Assembly: GCA_965214605.1 (NCBI GenBank)
Contig: OZ243961.1
Location: forward strand, 3,168,001 to 3,232,000
Direction of reading: 5' to 3'
DNA from: an uncultured Candidatus Binatia bacterium
GTDB lineage: Bacteria > Desulfobacterota > Binatia > Bin18
Length of the DNA stretch: 64,000 nt
Shown: positions 38,677 to 49,091 of the stretch, piece after piece
Numbering within the stretch: position 1 is the stretch's first letter
How the letters are laid out: every line of letters starts with the position of its first letter
Translations under genes and position numbers: made by a program
The notes under the pieces: generated by a model
Told to the model about the DNA's origin: nothing
Databases searched by the model: none
What the model saw: only the letters and a program-made list of their open reading frames with translations

Positions 38677-40068
38677 TTACCCCCCGATCTCTTCTAAGCG
38701 TTTGTGGACATTAGCCCGCGCGGTGCCGCCGGCCGAGCGGCGGCGATCCACCGCTGCCTCCAAGCTCAGGCGGGGCAGCAGATCGGGTGCAAACACCGGC
38801 GAGAAGGTCTGCCATTCTGCAAGGGAGAGCTGCTCCAGCCCAAGGTTCTCGGACAGGCAGTGACGCACGACCCGAGCCACAATTTCGTGCGCTTTTCGAA
38901 ACGGGACGCCCCGTTCAACCAAATAGTCGGCCACATCGGTGGCCAGGGTAAAACCGCCCAGGGCCGCGGCCTCCATCCGGTCGGTCCGAAAGACGATCTG
39001 GCCGAGCATGGCCTCTAGCACGCTGAGCATGCTTTTGATGGTATCGACCGTATCAAAGAGCGGCTCCTTGTCCTCCTGGAGGTCCCTATTATAGGCCAGC
39101 GGTAAGCCCTTGAGCGTGGTCAGCAGAGCAAACAGGTTGCCGTAGACTCTGCCCGTCTTGCCCCGAATGATTTCGGGCACGTCGGGATTCTTCTTTTGGG
39201 GCATCATCGAGCTGCCGGTGGCAAATGCGTCCGGCAGCTCGATGAACTGAAACTCACTGCTGGCCCACAGGACCAACTCCTCGGCAAACCGACTCAGGTG
39301 CATGCTGATTATCGCGCTGACCGACAGAAACTCGACCAAAAAATCCCGGTCGGCCACGGTATCAAGACTGTTCGTGCTGACCCGGGCAAAGCCAAGCAGG
39401 CGGGCCACATAGGCCCGGTCGATCGGCAGGCTGGTCCCGGCGAGGGCGCCGGCCCCGAGCGGCAGGACATTGATCCGGTGCTGGCACTCCTGCAGGCGCT
39501 CGGCGTCGCGCTCCAGCATGTCATAATAGGCCAGCAGGTGATGGGCGAGCAGCACTGGCTGGGCACGCTGCAGGTGGGTATAGCCCGGCATGACCGCGTC
39601 TCGGTGCTGTTTGGCCAACCGGGCTAGGCGTTTTTGCAGCGCGGTCAGCAGCTTGTGGATAGTCTTGGTCTCTTCACGCAGATACAGGCGGACGTCTAAC
39701 AGGACCTGGTCATTCCGACTCCGGGCGGTGTGGAGCTTGCCGCCGAGGAGACCGATTTTTTCGGTTAAACGGCGTTCAACCGCCATGTGGATATCTTCGT
39801 CCGAGGCCAGAAACGGAAACCGGTCCTGCTCAATCTCATGCTGGACCCGCTCCAGACCCTTGCGGATTTTTTCTCCTTCGGCCTGGGTCAGCAGCTTTTG
39901 TTTGACTAACATACGGCAGTGCGCCTGGCTGCCCTGGATGTCGTAGAGGGCTAGACGCCGATCAAACGCCAGCGAGGAGGTGAAAGCCTCCATCCTCGGA
40001 TCGGCCGTCCCTTCAAAACGTCCTGCCCAGGCTTTTGTCCCGGGGTGCGTCTTGGCCTTGTGTTTCAT
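38677..40068 (-). CDS. argH: Argininosuccinate lyase
   Basis: 'WAGRF', 'HTARSRNDQ', 'MPGYTHLQRAQP', 'GSSMMPQKKNPD'. Confidence 0.97.
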   Translation of the reverse strand: MKHKAKTHPGTKAWAGRFEGTADPRMEAFTSSLAFDRRLALYDIQGSQAHCRMLVKQKLLTQAEGEKIRKGLERVQHEIEQDRFPFLASDEDIHMAVERRLTEKIGLLGGKLHTARSRNDQVLLDVRLYLREETKTIHKLLTALQKRLARLAKQHRDAVMPGYTHLQRAQPVLLAHHLLAYYDMLERDAERLQECQHRINVLPLGAGALAGTSLPIDRAYVARLLGFARVSTNSLDTVADRDFLVEFLSVSAIISMHLSRFAEELVLWASSEFQFIELPDAFATGSSMMPQKKNPDVPEIIRGKTGRVYGNLFALLTTLKGLPLAYNRDLQEDKEPLFDTVDTIKSMLSVLEAMLGQIVFRTDRMEAAALGGFTLATDVADYLVERGVPFRKAHEIVARVVRHCLSENLGLEQLSLAEWQTFSPVFAPDLLPRLSLEAAVDRRRSAGGTARANVHKRLEEIGG

Positions 40069-40086
40069 AGCCAGCCGACGGCGGTG

Positions 40087-41286
40087 TCAGTGCTGGGCTA
40101 ACGCTCGCAACCGCAGCCGCAGCGCGTTAATCCGAATAAACCCCTCGGCATCGGCCTGGCGGTAGTCTCCGCCCGCCTCAAACGTCGCGACTTCCGGATT
40201 GTAGAGCGTTTTGTCCGAGCGGCGACCAACAACAATCACGTTGCCCTTATAGAGTTTGAGGCGCACCGTGCCGGTGACGTTTGTCTGCGACTCGTCAATT
40301 GCCGCCTGCAACATCTCGCGCTCCGGGGCGAACCAGTAGCCGTAGTAGACCATCTCGGCGTAGCGCGGGACGAGGGAATCGCGCAGGTGGAGCGCTTCGC
40401 GGTCGAGCGTCAGCGATTCAACCGCCTGGTGGGCGAGGTGGAGAATCGTCCCGCCCGGGGTTTCGTACACGCCGCGTGATTTCATACCGACGTAGCGGTT
40501 TTCGACTAGGTCAATCCGCCCGATGCCGTGTTTGCCGCCGAGTTCATTGAGCCTGGCCAAGAGCCTGGCCGGCGAGAGGGGTTGACCGTTGACCGCGGTC
40601 GGATTGCCGGACCGAAAATCGATCTCAATATACTCCGGCGTATCGGGCGCCTGCTCGGGCGAGACCGACAGGATAAACATGTCCTCGTAGGGTTCCTGCC
40701 ACGGGTCTTCGAGGATACCGCCCTCAAAGCTGAGGTGGAGCAGGTTGCGGTCGGTACTGTAGGGCTTTTCCGCGGTAACGGTGATGGGGATGGCGTATTG
40801 ATCGGCATACGCGATCAGCTCCGTGCGCGAGTTCATATCCCATTCCCGCCACGGTGCAATCACCTGAATATGTGGCTCTAGGGCGTAGTAGGTCAGCTCA
40901 AAGCGAACCTGGTCGTTGCCCTTGCCGGTTGCGCCGTGTGAGACTGCCTGGGCGTCTTCCTGGCGGGCAATTTCGATTTGGCGTTTCGCGATCAGCGGCC
41001 GGGCGATCGAGGTGCCGAGCAGATAACCGCCCTCATAGAAGGCGTTGGCCCGAAACATGGGGAAGACAAAGTCACGCACGAACTCTTCGCGTAGGTCGTC
41101 GATGTAGATCTTGCTCGCCCCGACCTGTTTGGCCTTGTCCTCAACCGGGGCGAGTTCTTCGCCCTGACCGAGGTCCGCACAAAAGGCGATGACCTCGCAC
41201 CCATAGGTCTCAATCAACCAGCGGAGGATGACCGAGGTGTCTAGACCGCCACTGTACGCCAGAACCACTTTTTTTACATCTCCCAC
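40087..41286 (-). CDS. argG: Argininosuccinate synthase
   Basis: '[10 protein letters not shown]', '[14 protein letters not shown]', '[16 protein letters not shown]'; GTG start 41286 inferred. Confidence 0.96.
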   Translation of the reverse strand: MGDVKKVVLAYSGGLDTSVILRWLIETYGCEVIAFCADLGQGEELAPVEDKAKQVGASKIYIDDLREEFVRDFVFPMFRANAFYEGGYLLGTSIARPLIAKRQIEIARQEDAQAVSHGATGKGNDQVRFELTYYALEPHIQVIAPWREWDMNSRTELIAYADQYAIPITVTAEKPYSTDRNLLHLSFEGGILEDPWQEPYEDMFILSVSPEQAPDTPEYIEIDFRSGNPTAVNGQPLSPARLLARLNELGGKHGIGRIDLVENRYVGMKSRGVYETPGGTILHLAHQAVESLTLDREALHLRDSLVPRYAEMVYYGYWFAPEREMLQAAIDESQTNVTGTVRLKLYKGNVIVVGRRSDKTLYNPEVATFEAGGDYRQADAEGFIRINALRLRLRALAQH

Positions 41287-41813
41287 AGCAAAACACCTGC
41301 CAACAGCTGTCAATGACGCCTGGTCTCCAGCCAGAGAAAACACATCATTGAGAACTTCTCAAAAAGTGCGGGCAGCCTACCATGCCGCCACAGGCAAAAC
41401 AACGGAGCGGGGGCGTCCTACTCCTTCGGCCTCGTTGCTCAGAGGCTATTTTGACAACACCCCCCAATAGGCTTTGGCCTGCCGTCAGGCGAGCTCCTTC
41501 CCTGTGTTTTTTCAGAAGAGCGAAGCCGTTCGCCCCTGAAGCGCAAAGGGGGTGCGCTTTGAGCCCCTCCCGGATTGGAGATGCTTATCCACTTTGCGGG
41601 AAATTGGCGCTGACGCATTGAACGTGATCTGTGCCGGAGTACTGAGGGAGAGGCCGCCTGTTTGGGCGTACAAGCCGAAGCTTGGAAATATGTCTCTGAG
41701 AAGCAAAACTTGCGAACAAAACCGTTTTCGTGTCGCATGCCCCTTTATATCGGTTCCCGCTCTTCGTCACTGTCACCCCGGCTCCGATGGGGACCGTGCC
41801 CTTGGGACAGCGT

Positions 41814-42722
41814 CTACCGTAGCAGCCAGACCATGACCGCTTTCTGCACATGCAGGCGGTTTTCGGCCTGTTCCAGGACGATTGACTGTGGGCCGTCCAA
41901 CACCTCGGCGCTGATCTCTTGGCCGCGATGGGCGGGCAGGCAGTGCATGACCATCGCGTCGGGCTTGGCCAGGGCTAGCACGTCTGTATTGACCTGATAG
42001 GACCCAAACGCCTGCTGTCGGGCGGCGCTCTCTTTTTCCTGGCCCATACTCGTCCACACATCAGTGTAGACCACATCGGCGTCGCCCACGGCGTCTTCCA
42101 GCGCGTGGCTGATCACGATGTCGGCCCCCGCCTGTTGCGCGGCCGCCAGTAGCTCAGCGTTCGGTTCATAGCCCGCTGGACACGCCAGCCGAAAGGAAAC
42201 GGGCAGTTTGGCGGCCGCATTCAGCCACGAGTTGACGACGTTGTTGCCGTCGCCGACAAAGGCGATGTGCAGGTCGTCGAGCTTGCCGCGCTGTTCGATG
42301 AGGGTGAGACAGTCGGCCAGAATTTGACACGGATGTGAGAGATTTGACAGGCCGTTGATAACCGGAACCGTTGCCTGGTGGGCGAGTTCGAGCACAATCT
42401 CGTGCGAAAACGTGCGGACCATGATCAGATCGACCCAACGCGACAGATTGCGGGCCACGTCGGTCGGGGATTCGCGTGTTCCAAGACCGATGTCTGACGG
42501 GGACAGATACACCGCATAGCCGCCGAGTTGTACCATGCCGGCCTCAAAGGTGACCCGGGTGCGCAGGCTGGGCTTCTCAAAGATCATCGCCAGGGTCTTA
42601 CCGCTCAGCAGCGGATGGGACTGGCCGGCCTGGCGCTCGCGCTTAAGGCGCCGGGCCAGAGAGAAAATCTCCTCAAGCTGCTCCCGTTCAAGGTCGCTGA
42701 TACTGACTAAATCACGTTTCAT
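41814..42722 (-). CDS. argF: Ornithine carbamoyltransferase
   Basis: 'FEKPSLRTR', 'HPCQ', 'DVWTSMGQE', 'HCLP', 'AENRLH'. Confidence 0.96.
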   Translation of the reverse strand: MKRDLVSISDLEREQLEEIFSLARRLKRERQAGQSHPLLSGKTLAMIFEKPSLRTRVTFEAGMVQLGGYAVYLSPSDIGLGTRESPTDVARNLSRWVDLIMVRTFSHEIVLELAHQATVPVINGLSNLSHPCQILADCLTLIEQRGKLDDLHIAFVGDGNNVVNSWLNAAAKLPVSFRLACPAGYEPNAELLAAAQQAGADIVISHALEDAVGDADVVYTDVWTSMGQEKESAARQQAFGSYQVNTDVLALAKPDAMVMHCLPAHRGQEISAEVLDGPQSIVLEQAENRLHVQKAVMVWLLR

Positions 42723-43906
42723 TGCCGAGCGAGGACCTTCTCCAGAATGGCTATTCCCTCGTCGATTTCGGCCTGGCTAATAATGAGCGGGGGAATAAAA
42801 CGCAGCACTGTTCCCGCGGCGCAGTTGATCAGCAGCCCCTCCTCAAGGCAGGCAGTGACAATGTCCGCGCCGTCCCGATCGAGCTCGGCACCCAGGATGA
42901 GCCCCCGTCCTCGCACATCGGTAATAAAAGAATACTTTTCTTGCAGGGCTTGGAGTTGAGCCAGGAAATAGGCTCCCATTTTCTGGCAGTTCTCCAGCAC
43001 GCCGGCGTTGAGTACGGTGTCGAGCACGGCCACGCCAGCGGCGCAGGCGACCGCATTGCCACCAAAGGTTGAGCCGTGCGTGCCCAGATTGAGGTGGGCC
43101 GCGACATCGGCCCGGGCGACCATCGCACCGAGAGGAAGGCCACCTCCTAGGGCTTTGGCCAGGGGCATGATATCTGGCTCAATGTCCTCGTGCTCATAGG
43201 CGAAGAGGGTTCCCGTGCGGCCGATGCCGACCTGTACCTCGTCGGCAATCAGCAGCAGGCCGTGACGGTCACAGATGTCCCGCAGTCCCTTCAGATACCC
43301 CGGCCGTGGGACAACGACCCCTCCCTCACCCAGAATCGGTTCGACCAAAATCGCAACAGACTTCTCCGAGACCGCGGCCTCCATCGCTTCTAGGTCGTCG
43401 TAGGCAACGTAGCGAAAGCCATCGAGCACCGGACCAAAGCCCTGGCGGACTTTTTCCTGGCCGGTAGCGGAAATTGTGGCCATTGTCCGACCGTGGAAGG
43501 AACCGAGGACGGTCAGGATCTCGTAACGTCCATCGCGTTTGTCAACGCCGTATCGGCGGGCTAGCTTAATCGCCGCCTCGTTGGCCTCAGCGCCGCTGTT
43601 GCAGAAAAAAACCTTATCGCCGAACGAATGCGTACACAGCAGTTCGGCCAGACGGGCCTGCGGTACGGTGTGGTGCAGATTGGAGATATGGGTTAGGGTG
43701 GCGACCTGATCTTGGACCGCCCGGACCACGGCCGGATGACACTGGCCTAGGTTCATGACGGCGAGGCTGGCAAACAGGTCTAGATACTCCTTGCCCGCTG
43801 CGTCCCACAGCCGACAGCCCTCACCCCGGACAAAGGCGACCGGAAAGCGGGCGTAGGTTTGGCATAAATATTGGGCGTTGAGATCAATGATTTCTTGGTT
43901 CGTCAT
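42719..43906 (-). CDS. argD: Acetylornithine aminotransferase
   Basis: 'NSGAEANE', 'SFHGRT', 'DEVQ.GIGRTG', PLP-Lys 'AKALGGG', 'HGSTFGGN'; start at ATG 43906. Confidence 0.95.
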   Translation of the reverse strand: MTNQEIIDLNAQYLCQTYARFPVAFVRGEGCRLWDAAGKEYLDLFASLAVMNLGQCHPAVVRAVQDQVATLTHISNLHHTVPQARLAELLCTHSFGDKVFFCNSGAEANEAAIKLARRYGVDKRDGRYEILTVLGSFHGRTMATISATGQEKVRQGFGPVLDGFRYVAYDDLEAMEAAVSEKSVAILVEPILGEGGVVVPRPGYLKGLRDICDRHGLLLIADEVQVGIGRTGTLFAYEHEDIEPDIMPLAKALGGGLPLGAMVARADVAAHLNLGTHGSTFGGNAVACAAGVAVLDTVLNAGVLENCQKMGAYFLAQLQALQEKYSFITDVRGRGLILGAELDRDGADIVTACLEEGLLINCAAGTVLRFIPPLIISQAEIDEGIAILEKVLARQ

Positions 43907-43949
43907 ACGTTCCTCCGGCAAAGTGGGGGTTGATGACTCCCGGATGAGA

Positions 43950-44834
43950 TCATTCCCCACTTTGGACGACCTCGGTGCCAACCCCCTCCTTGGTAAACAG
44001 CTCTAGCAGAATGGCGTGGCGGACGCGGCCGTCAATAATATGGGTCTTGCGAACCCCGCCGTGCAGCGCCTCAAGACAACACTCGACTTTGGGAACCATA
44101 CCCGCACTAATGGTGTCCTGGTCAATCAAGGCCTTGGCCCGGTCGCTGCCAAGGGTGGAGATCAGAGTGCCGTTGTGGTCTGTAATCCCCTCGACATCGG
44201 TCAGCAGGATGAGCTTTTCGGCCTGCAGAACCTGGGCGACTTTGCTGGCGACAAGGTCGGCGTTGATGTTATACGTGGTGCCGTCCCGGCCAATGCCGAT
44301 CGGGGCAATAACAGGAATAAAATCGGCTCCGGTCAAAGCGTGCACAAGGTCGGGGTTGACGCCGACGACTTCTCCGACCTGGCCGATATCCCGGCGCTGG
44401 GGCGGCTGTCCGTCTCCAGCTATTGTTATCAGCATCTTGCGAGCCACAATCATCTCCCCGTCTTTGCCGCTCAGGCCGACCGCTCTCCCGCCCTGGCGGT
44501 TGATCAGGGTTGCAATTTCTTTGTTGAGCTTGCCCAGCACCATCTCCACCACTTCCACGGTGGCGGCGTCGGTGACGCGCATCCCGCGCACGAATGTTGA
44601 GCTAATGTCCAGCCTGCCCAGCATGTGCTCAATCTGGGGACCTCCGCCGTGGACTACCACAGGATTCATGCCGACAAATTTGAGGAGCACAATATCTTGG
44701 GCAAAGTGTTGCTTGAGGTCTTCGTCTCGCATGGCGTGGCCGCCATACTTAATGACTAGGGTCTTCCCGAAGAAGTGCTGCATATACGGCAGCGCCTCAA
44801 GCAGCGTGTCGGCTTTTTGAATGAGGGCGTCCAT
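43950..44834 (-). CDS. argB: Acetylglutamate kinase
   Basis: 'VIKYGGHAM', 'VHGGGPQI', 'NINAD', 'GMVPKV'. Confidence 0.96.
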   Translation of the reverse strand: MDALIQKADTLLEALPYMQHFFGKTLVIKYGGHAMRDEDLKQHFAQDIVLLKFVGMNPVVVHGGGPQIEHMLGRLDISSTFVRGMRVTDAATVEVVEMVLGKLNKEIATLINRQGGRAVGLSGKDGEMIVARKMLITIAGDGQPPQRRDIGQVGEVVGVNPDLVHALTGADFIPVIAPIGIGRDGTTYNINADLVASKVAQVLQAEKLILLTDVEGITDHNGTLISTLGSDRAKALIDQDTISAGMVPKVECCLEALHGGVRKTHIIDGRVRHAILLELFTKEGVGTEVVQSGE

Positions 44835-44994
44835 CGTGCATCAGAATCCTACGGAGACATATGCCCTGTCCCCTCAGATGGGTCAATAGCAAGGGCATTT
44901 TCTCGGCGCTCGGTCTTGGTTTCCGAGCAGGCTTGGGCTAAGCTTGGTGGCAAGTCGAGGAGTCGTCGATCAATACGAAACCGGGAAGCGAGCT

Positions 44995-45846
44995 ATGACG
45001 ACAGTGCAGATCATCCCCCTCAGCGATGCCTTGGGGGCCGAAGTCAGCGGGCTTGACTGGAAGCGGCCGATAGACAGTGGCACGACAGCCGCCATCAAGG
45101 CCGCGTTTCTTGACTTCCATCTCCTGTGCTTACGCGCCGAACCCCTGACACCGCTTGAATTTGTCCGGGTCGCTCGCTACTTTGGCGAGCCTCAGCTCCA
45201 GCTGATACGCGAGTGTCGAGATCGGTGCATCCCCGAGGTATCGATCCTTGACAGCTCGTATAAAACTCCCCAAGCCAAGCCGAGCGATCTGTCCCTGTTA
45301 CGCTTGACGGGCTGGCATACCGATGACTCGTATTTCGCCATCCCGGCCAAGGCGACCATGCTCCAAGCCCTGGCTACCCCCAAAACCGGCGGCGAGACCC
45401 GTTTCTGTAATCTCCAGGCCGCCTATGCAGACCTCTCTGAGGAGCTAAAAGCGCGGGTTGACGGCCTACGGGCCGTGCATAGCTATGATACCCTGCGGAC
45501 CCCTGCCCGGGCCCAGAGCCGCTCATCTGTTGAGAAGGCGGAGACCCCAGATGTGGTGCACCCCTTGATTCGGACCCACGATGATACGGGTAAAAAAGCG
45601 ATTTATCTCAACGCAAACCGGACCGACCGGATCGTCGATATGGAGCGGGAGAAAAGCGACGCACTTCTCGACGAACTCCACGGCCATATGACCCAGTTCC
45701 AGTACCGTTACGATCACGCCTGGCGGGTTGGCGATATTCTGTTGTGGGATAACCGATGTCTGGTCCATTCGGTGAATATGGATTTTCCGGTTGACCAGAG
45801 TCGCCGCCATCAGCGGATCTTGCTCAAAGGCTCGGTCCCCGTGTGA
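44995..45846 (+). CDS. TauD/TfdA-family Fe(II)/2-oxoglutarate dioxygenase
   Basis: 'WHTDDSY', 'GGETRF', 'HPLIRTH', 'WDNRCLVH'; start at ATG 44995. Confidence 0.92.
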   Translation: MTTVQIIPLSDALGAEVSGLDWKRPIDSGTTAAIKAAFLDFHLLCLRAEPLTPLEFVRVARYFGEPQLQLIRECRDRCIPEVSILDSSYKTPQAKPSDLSLLRLTGWHTDDSYFAIPAKATMLQALATPKTGGETRFCNLQAAYADLSEELKARVDGLRAVHSYDTLRTPARAQSRSSVEKAETPDVVHPLIRTHDDTGKKAIYLNANRTDRIVDMEREKSDALLDELHGHMTQFQYRYDHAWRVGDILLWDNRCLVHSVNMDFPVDQSRRHQRILLKGSVPV

Positions 45847-45855
45847 GGAAAACGC

Positions 45856-46203
45856 ATGAGACATTCACTGCTGACAGCTGCCGTGTTTGCTGTCGTTGTT
45901 ACGGTCGGCGTGTCCTGTACCCAGGAGACCCAGAACAAGTTTGGGCGGGCGGTCCAGAATTGGACCGGGACCGACGGGGTGCTGGAAATTTATGCGGGTG
46001 AAAAGCTGGTCAAGCGCTTTCTTGAAATCGACAAGCTCTCGACCGCATCCGGAACGAACGACGGCGTCCCCCGGCCGTACCGGTTCGGCTACGGCGTGCT
46101 CGACGCCAACCTGAACGGTCTGTCTGACGACGGTGAGACTAAGGTCTACTTTGAGTTCAGCGATTATTCGACTTCGTACGTGTTCTACGAGAATCCGTCA
46201 TAG
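45856..46203 (+). CDS. Hypothetical lipoprotein
   Basis: GAGGA RBS, hydrophobic signal and 'VSC' lipobox, beta-rich body. Confidence 0.8.
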   Translation: MRHSLLTAAVFAVVVTVGVSCTQETQNKFGRAVQNWTGTDGVLEIYAGEKLVKRFLEIDKLSTASGTNDGVPRPYRFGYGVLDANLNGLSDDGETKVYFEFSDYSTSYVFYENPS

Positions 46204-46926
46204 CCAGAGGGCGGCGTCGCGGAAGACCCCAGCCGCGGAGACGAGAGACCACACGAGGCGTTCCGTGAGTGCCAGGGCCCGAACACCAGGCTTTCAAGGT
46301 CCTGGAAGGAGCGAAAAACCCAGAGCCTGGAGAGGGCAAATGAAAGCAGTCGGGAGCATGTCTAGCCCCGCCCGCGTCTGATTGTCCGACCGGCGGCGAG
46401 TTCTGTGCTGGCTACGCCGTTCTCCCGGCTGGTGAGAGGAGTGCTCTCCCTGACGAGGGCGTTGCTCGGCATGCCAAATACGTTTACCTAGCGTCTGCGC
46501 AACTGGGCCGCTCCACACATTCGCGTCCCAACGATCAGCGCCCTTTTGGCGGCCTGAGACAGTCGCGTGCCAGACTTAGTCAGCGGCGCCTCTTAGATCT
46601 GGGAAGGCCATAGCGCTCTGAAGATCGGTCGGACTCCGCTCCCGAACACTGGCGTCCACCCCATACCCCGGGGTGGGGAGCGAGTGGTCAGCAAGCCGAT
46701 AAGAGCGGCTGACGAGAAGCCTTGAGGAGAGCGACTCTGGGGGGGCCGACCCTGCGCTCCCCGCAGGAGGGCACGGGTGCTGAGAGCAAGTCTGAGCGGC
46801 GAAATGAACAGGGCGAGGCTTGTTGTTCAGCAGCAACAGCCCACTCCGCCTGTCTTCTTCGCTCGCCGCCCACTTTGGAGAGAGAAGCTTGAGGCGGGAG
46901 GGAGCAACTTCACGAGATGATCCGGT

Positions 46927-47499
46927 ATGTTGGGAGTACGTCCGTTTGTTTTCGGTGTGTTGTTTGTGTTGGGCTGCGTCGGGTCGGCCTCAAACGCTCG
47001 GGCCGATTTCATCTATGAGTATCACCTCTCCACCGAAATCGCTTTTGATTTCAGCAAAAGCAACTCCGTTGAGTTGGGAACCCTGTCGGTCACAAATCCG
47101 GACGAGACACACAAAAAATTTCGCTTTATTCCTCATGCTCCCTACGGCTATCTCTACAATCGGAAAAACAAGACTTGTTACAGCTTCGGGTTGATCTATG
47201 ACACCACTGAGCCCAGAGTTCTTGATTCGGTTTTCTGGGCTCTTTTGGATTCGGCCACGTATTATTACGCTGTCCCGGCGATGTCTTCTCTTGAATTTAC
47301 CGTGTTCATGAACGTCAACGCCCATCCCCAACCTGAGCAGATCGTTCACTACATTACGGAAAATCACGATCATCTGGAATATCACCTCTTTGACCCTCGC
47401 CACAGACCTCGAGTTCCACTGGGAGAGAGGCGCCTCAATGCCTGCATAGGCGCCCCTCCTGATTTCACACTGCAAACGATCCGTGTCCTCAGGCCATGA
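46927..47499 (+). CDS. Hypothetical exported protein
   Basis: Signal peptide ending 'ARA', aromatic-rich beta-type body, lower GC than core genes. Confidence 0.65.
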   Translation: MLGVRPFVFGVLFVLGCVGSASNARADFIYEYHLSTEIAFDFSKSNSVELGTLSVTNPDETHKKFRFIPHAPYGYLYNRKNKTCYSFGLIYDTTEPRVLDSVFWALLDSATYYYAVPAMSSLEFTVFMNVNAHPQPEQIVHYITENHDHLEYHLFDPRHRPRVPLGERRLNACIGAPPDFTLQTIRVLRP

Positions 47500-47658
47500 C
47501 ACCGACGGTGGCCGTCCACACACGAGCTTGCGTACGGCAATACGGGGCATTAGAATCCCCCCATGCCTGAAGCACTCGCTTTTAACACTCACAGGCTCGT
47601 CAGACACCTGCCGGAGAACGGCTTTAGCGGAAACTCGGTCAGTTGATAAGCAACTTCC

Positions 47659-48378
47659 ATGTCAGACTTGAAACACCTGCCGGCGCTTGTTTCCTGGTCC
47701 TCGGGCAAGGACGCGGCCTGGGCGTTGCACACGCTGCGCTCGCAGCCCGATGTCTACGAGGTGCGCGGTATTTTTACCACGGTAACACGTGACCGCGTGG
47801 CGATTCAGGCTTCTCCGCTGCGGCTGCTGCGCTTGCAGGCCGAACGCCTCGCCCTTCCGCTGTACGAAATTCCCATTCCATATCCCTGCCCCAACAATAT
47901 CTACGAACGGGCGGTGGACGGGTTTCTCGACCGGGTCCGCAGATTGCCGCAGACCCTGAGCGCCTCAACGCTGGCCTTCGGCGACTTGTTCCTGGAGGAC
48001 ATCCGCGCCTACCGAGAAGCGCAGCTCGAGGGCACGGGTTTCACGCCGATCTTCCCCATCTGGGGCGAGCCGACGGAGGCGCTAGCCGAGCGGATGATCA
48101 CCGCTGGCCTGCGCGCTATTGTGACGGCCGTGAACACTACTCAACTCGATGGTGTGTTCGTCGGACGCTGGTTCGACCACGAGTTCCTCGCCGATCTGCC
48201 GTCTGGAGTTGATCCGTTGGGCGAAAACGGCGAGTTCCACACCTGTGTGGTTGACGGACCGATGTTCAGCACGCCAATTAAGGCGCGCCCAGGACGGCGA
48301 ATCAGGCGCGGCTTTGCGCTACCCGACGGAGCAACCGCGGGGGAGTACGTTTACACGGATGTGGAGCTCACGACCTAG
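47659..48378 (+). CDS. PP-loop ATPase, diphthine-ammonia ligase-like (ATP_bind_4) family
   Basis: 'SWSSGKD', 'FGDLFLEDIRAYRE', 'VDPLGENGEFHT.V.DGPMF'. Confidence 0.9.
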   Translation: MSDLKHLPALVSWSSGKDAAWALHTLRSQPDVYEVRGIFTTVTRDRVAIQASPLRLLRLQAERLALPLYEIPIPYPCPNNIYERAVDGFLDRVRRLPQTLSASTLAFGDLFLEDIRAYREAQLEGTGFTPIFPIWGEPTEALAERMITAGLRAIVTAVNTTQLDGVFVGRWFDHEFLADLPSGVDPLGENGEFHTCVVDGPMFSTPIKARPGRRIRRGFALPDGATAGEYVYTDVELTT

Positions 48379-49040
48379 CGTGGGGCGGAGGTGAGTGGAA
48401 GGGGAGAGGCGGAGGCGCGTCGGTGCGAACGAGATCCGCACCCTGTTGCAATGTCGATGTCATGCTATTGCTCATAGCTTACCAAAGACGCAAAGTAGCC
48501 TAGCAGCCAGAGCGACGACAGGGCCCGCTCATTGGGATGATCAGTCTACGCGCTGTCCACTGCATACGCCTCGTTGACTGCAGTAGGGGCACAGCACCTG
48601 TGGCGTTGGCGCGCTCCTAAACGCGTGTGGTCAATAGCAATGATCGGGGCATTTCAGGTTGGACCCGATATCCCGTGTCACATCAACGCGCGTTTCCACA
48701 CGTTGGTGGCTCTTGACACGCAAGACGGCTTATCTTCGGGGGTGTCGCATATCAACAAGCCCGACAGGTGCGGGGCATCGTCAGGAAGATAGCAGGGGGG
48801 ACACGATGACGGTCTGACTTCCCGCCTTTCCCACCTCCATGGGCGGCCTTGCCCGTCAGCTGGGCAAACGAAAACGCCCCGGTGACATAAGGGCCCCATG
48901 CTGGTGCTCTCCAATCCGGCTAGCCAAAAGGCGATCTAAAGATAGACACAGTCTCTCCCGGCTTGGAAGACGATCGGTAGGGAGAAACCGCTGTTGAGCT
49001 GCAGCTTTTCCTCTTCCGCAGAAGAATCTGTCCAAGCGGA

Positions 49041-49069
49041 TTGGCAGGCGATATCGGGTTTGCTAGTAT
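49041..49069 (+). promoter_or_regulatory. Putative sigma70 promoter of pyrF
   Basis: TTGGCA-17nt-TAGTAT with extended -10 TG. Confidence 0.55.
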
Positions 49070-49091
49070 CCAGCCGAAAGGGGGAGCTGTG

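Noticed and set aside
41349-41465. Possible IS/MITE terminal inverted repeats
   Set aside because: Only about 10 of 16 positions match, there is no target duplication, and the segment contains the likely argG promoter
43975-44820. 281-aa antisense ORF (and similar long shadow ORFs opposite gcvT, uvrA, norQ and the ATP-grasp gene)
   Set aside because: Fully overlaps a confidently identified gene and has no protein-family motifs
46293-46315. SRP RNA-like motif TCAAGGTCCTGGAAGGAGCG
   Set aside because: Deviates from the conserved CAGGTCCGGAAGGAAGCAG by indels and lacks the long closing helix
48481-48515. GACGCAAAG, as in c-di-GMP-I riboswitches
   Set aside because: Upstream GGCAAA/GNRA stem and downstream P2 features are missing
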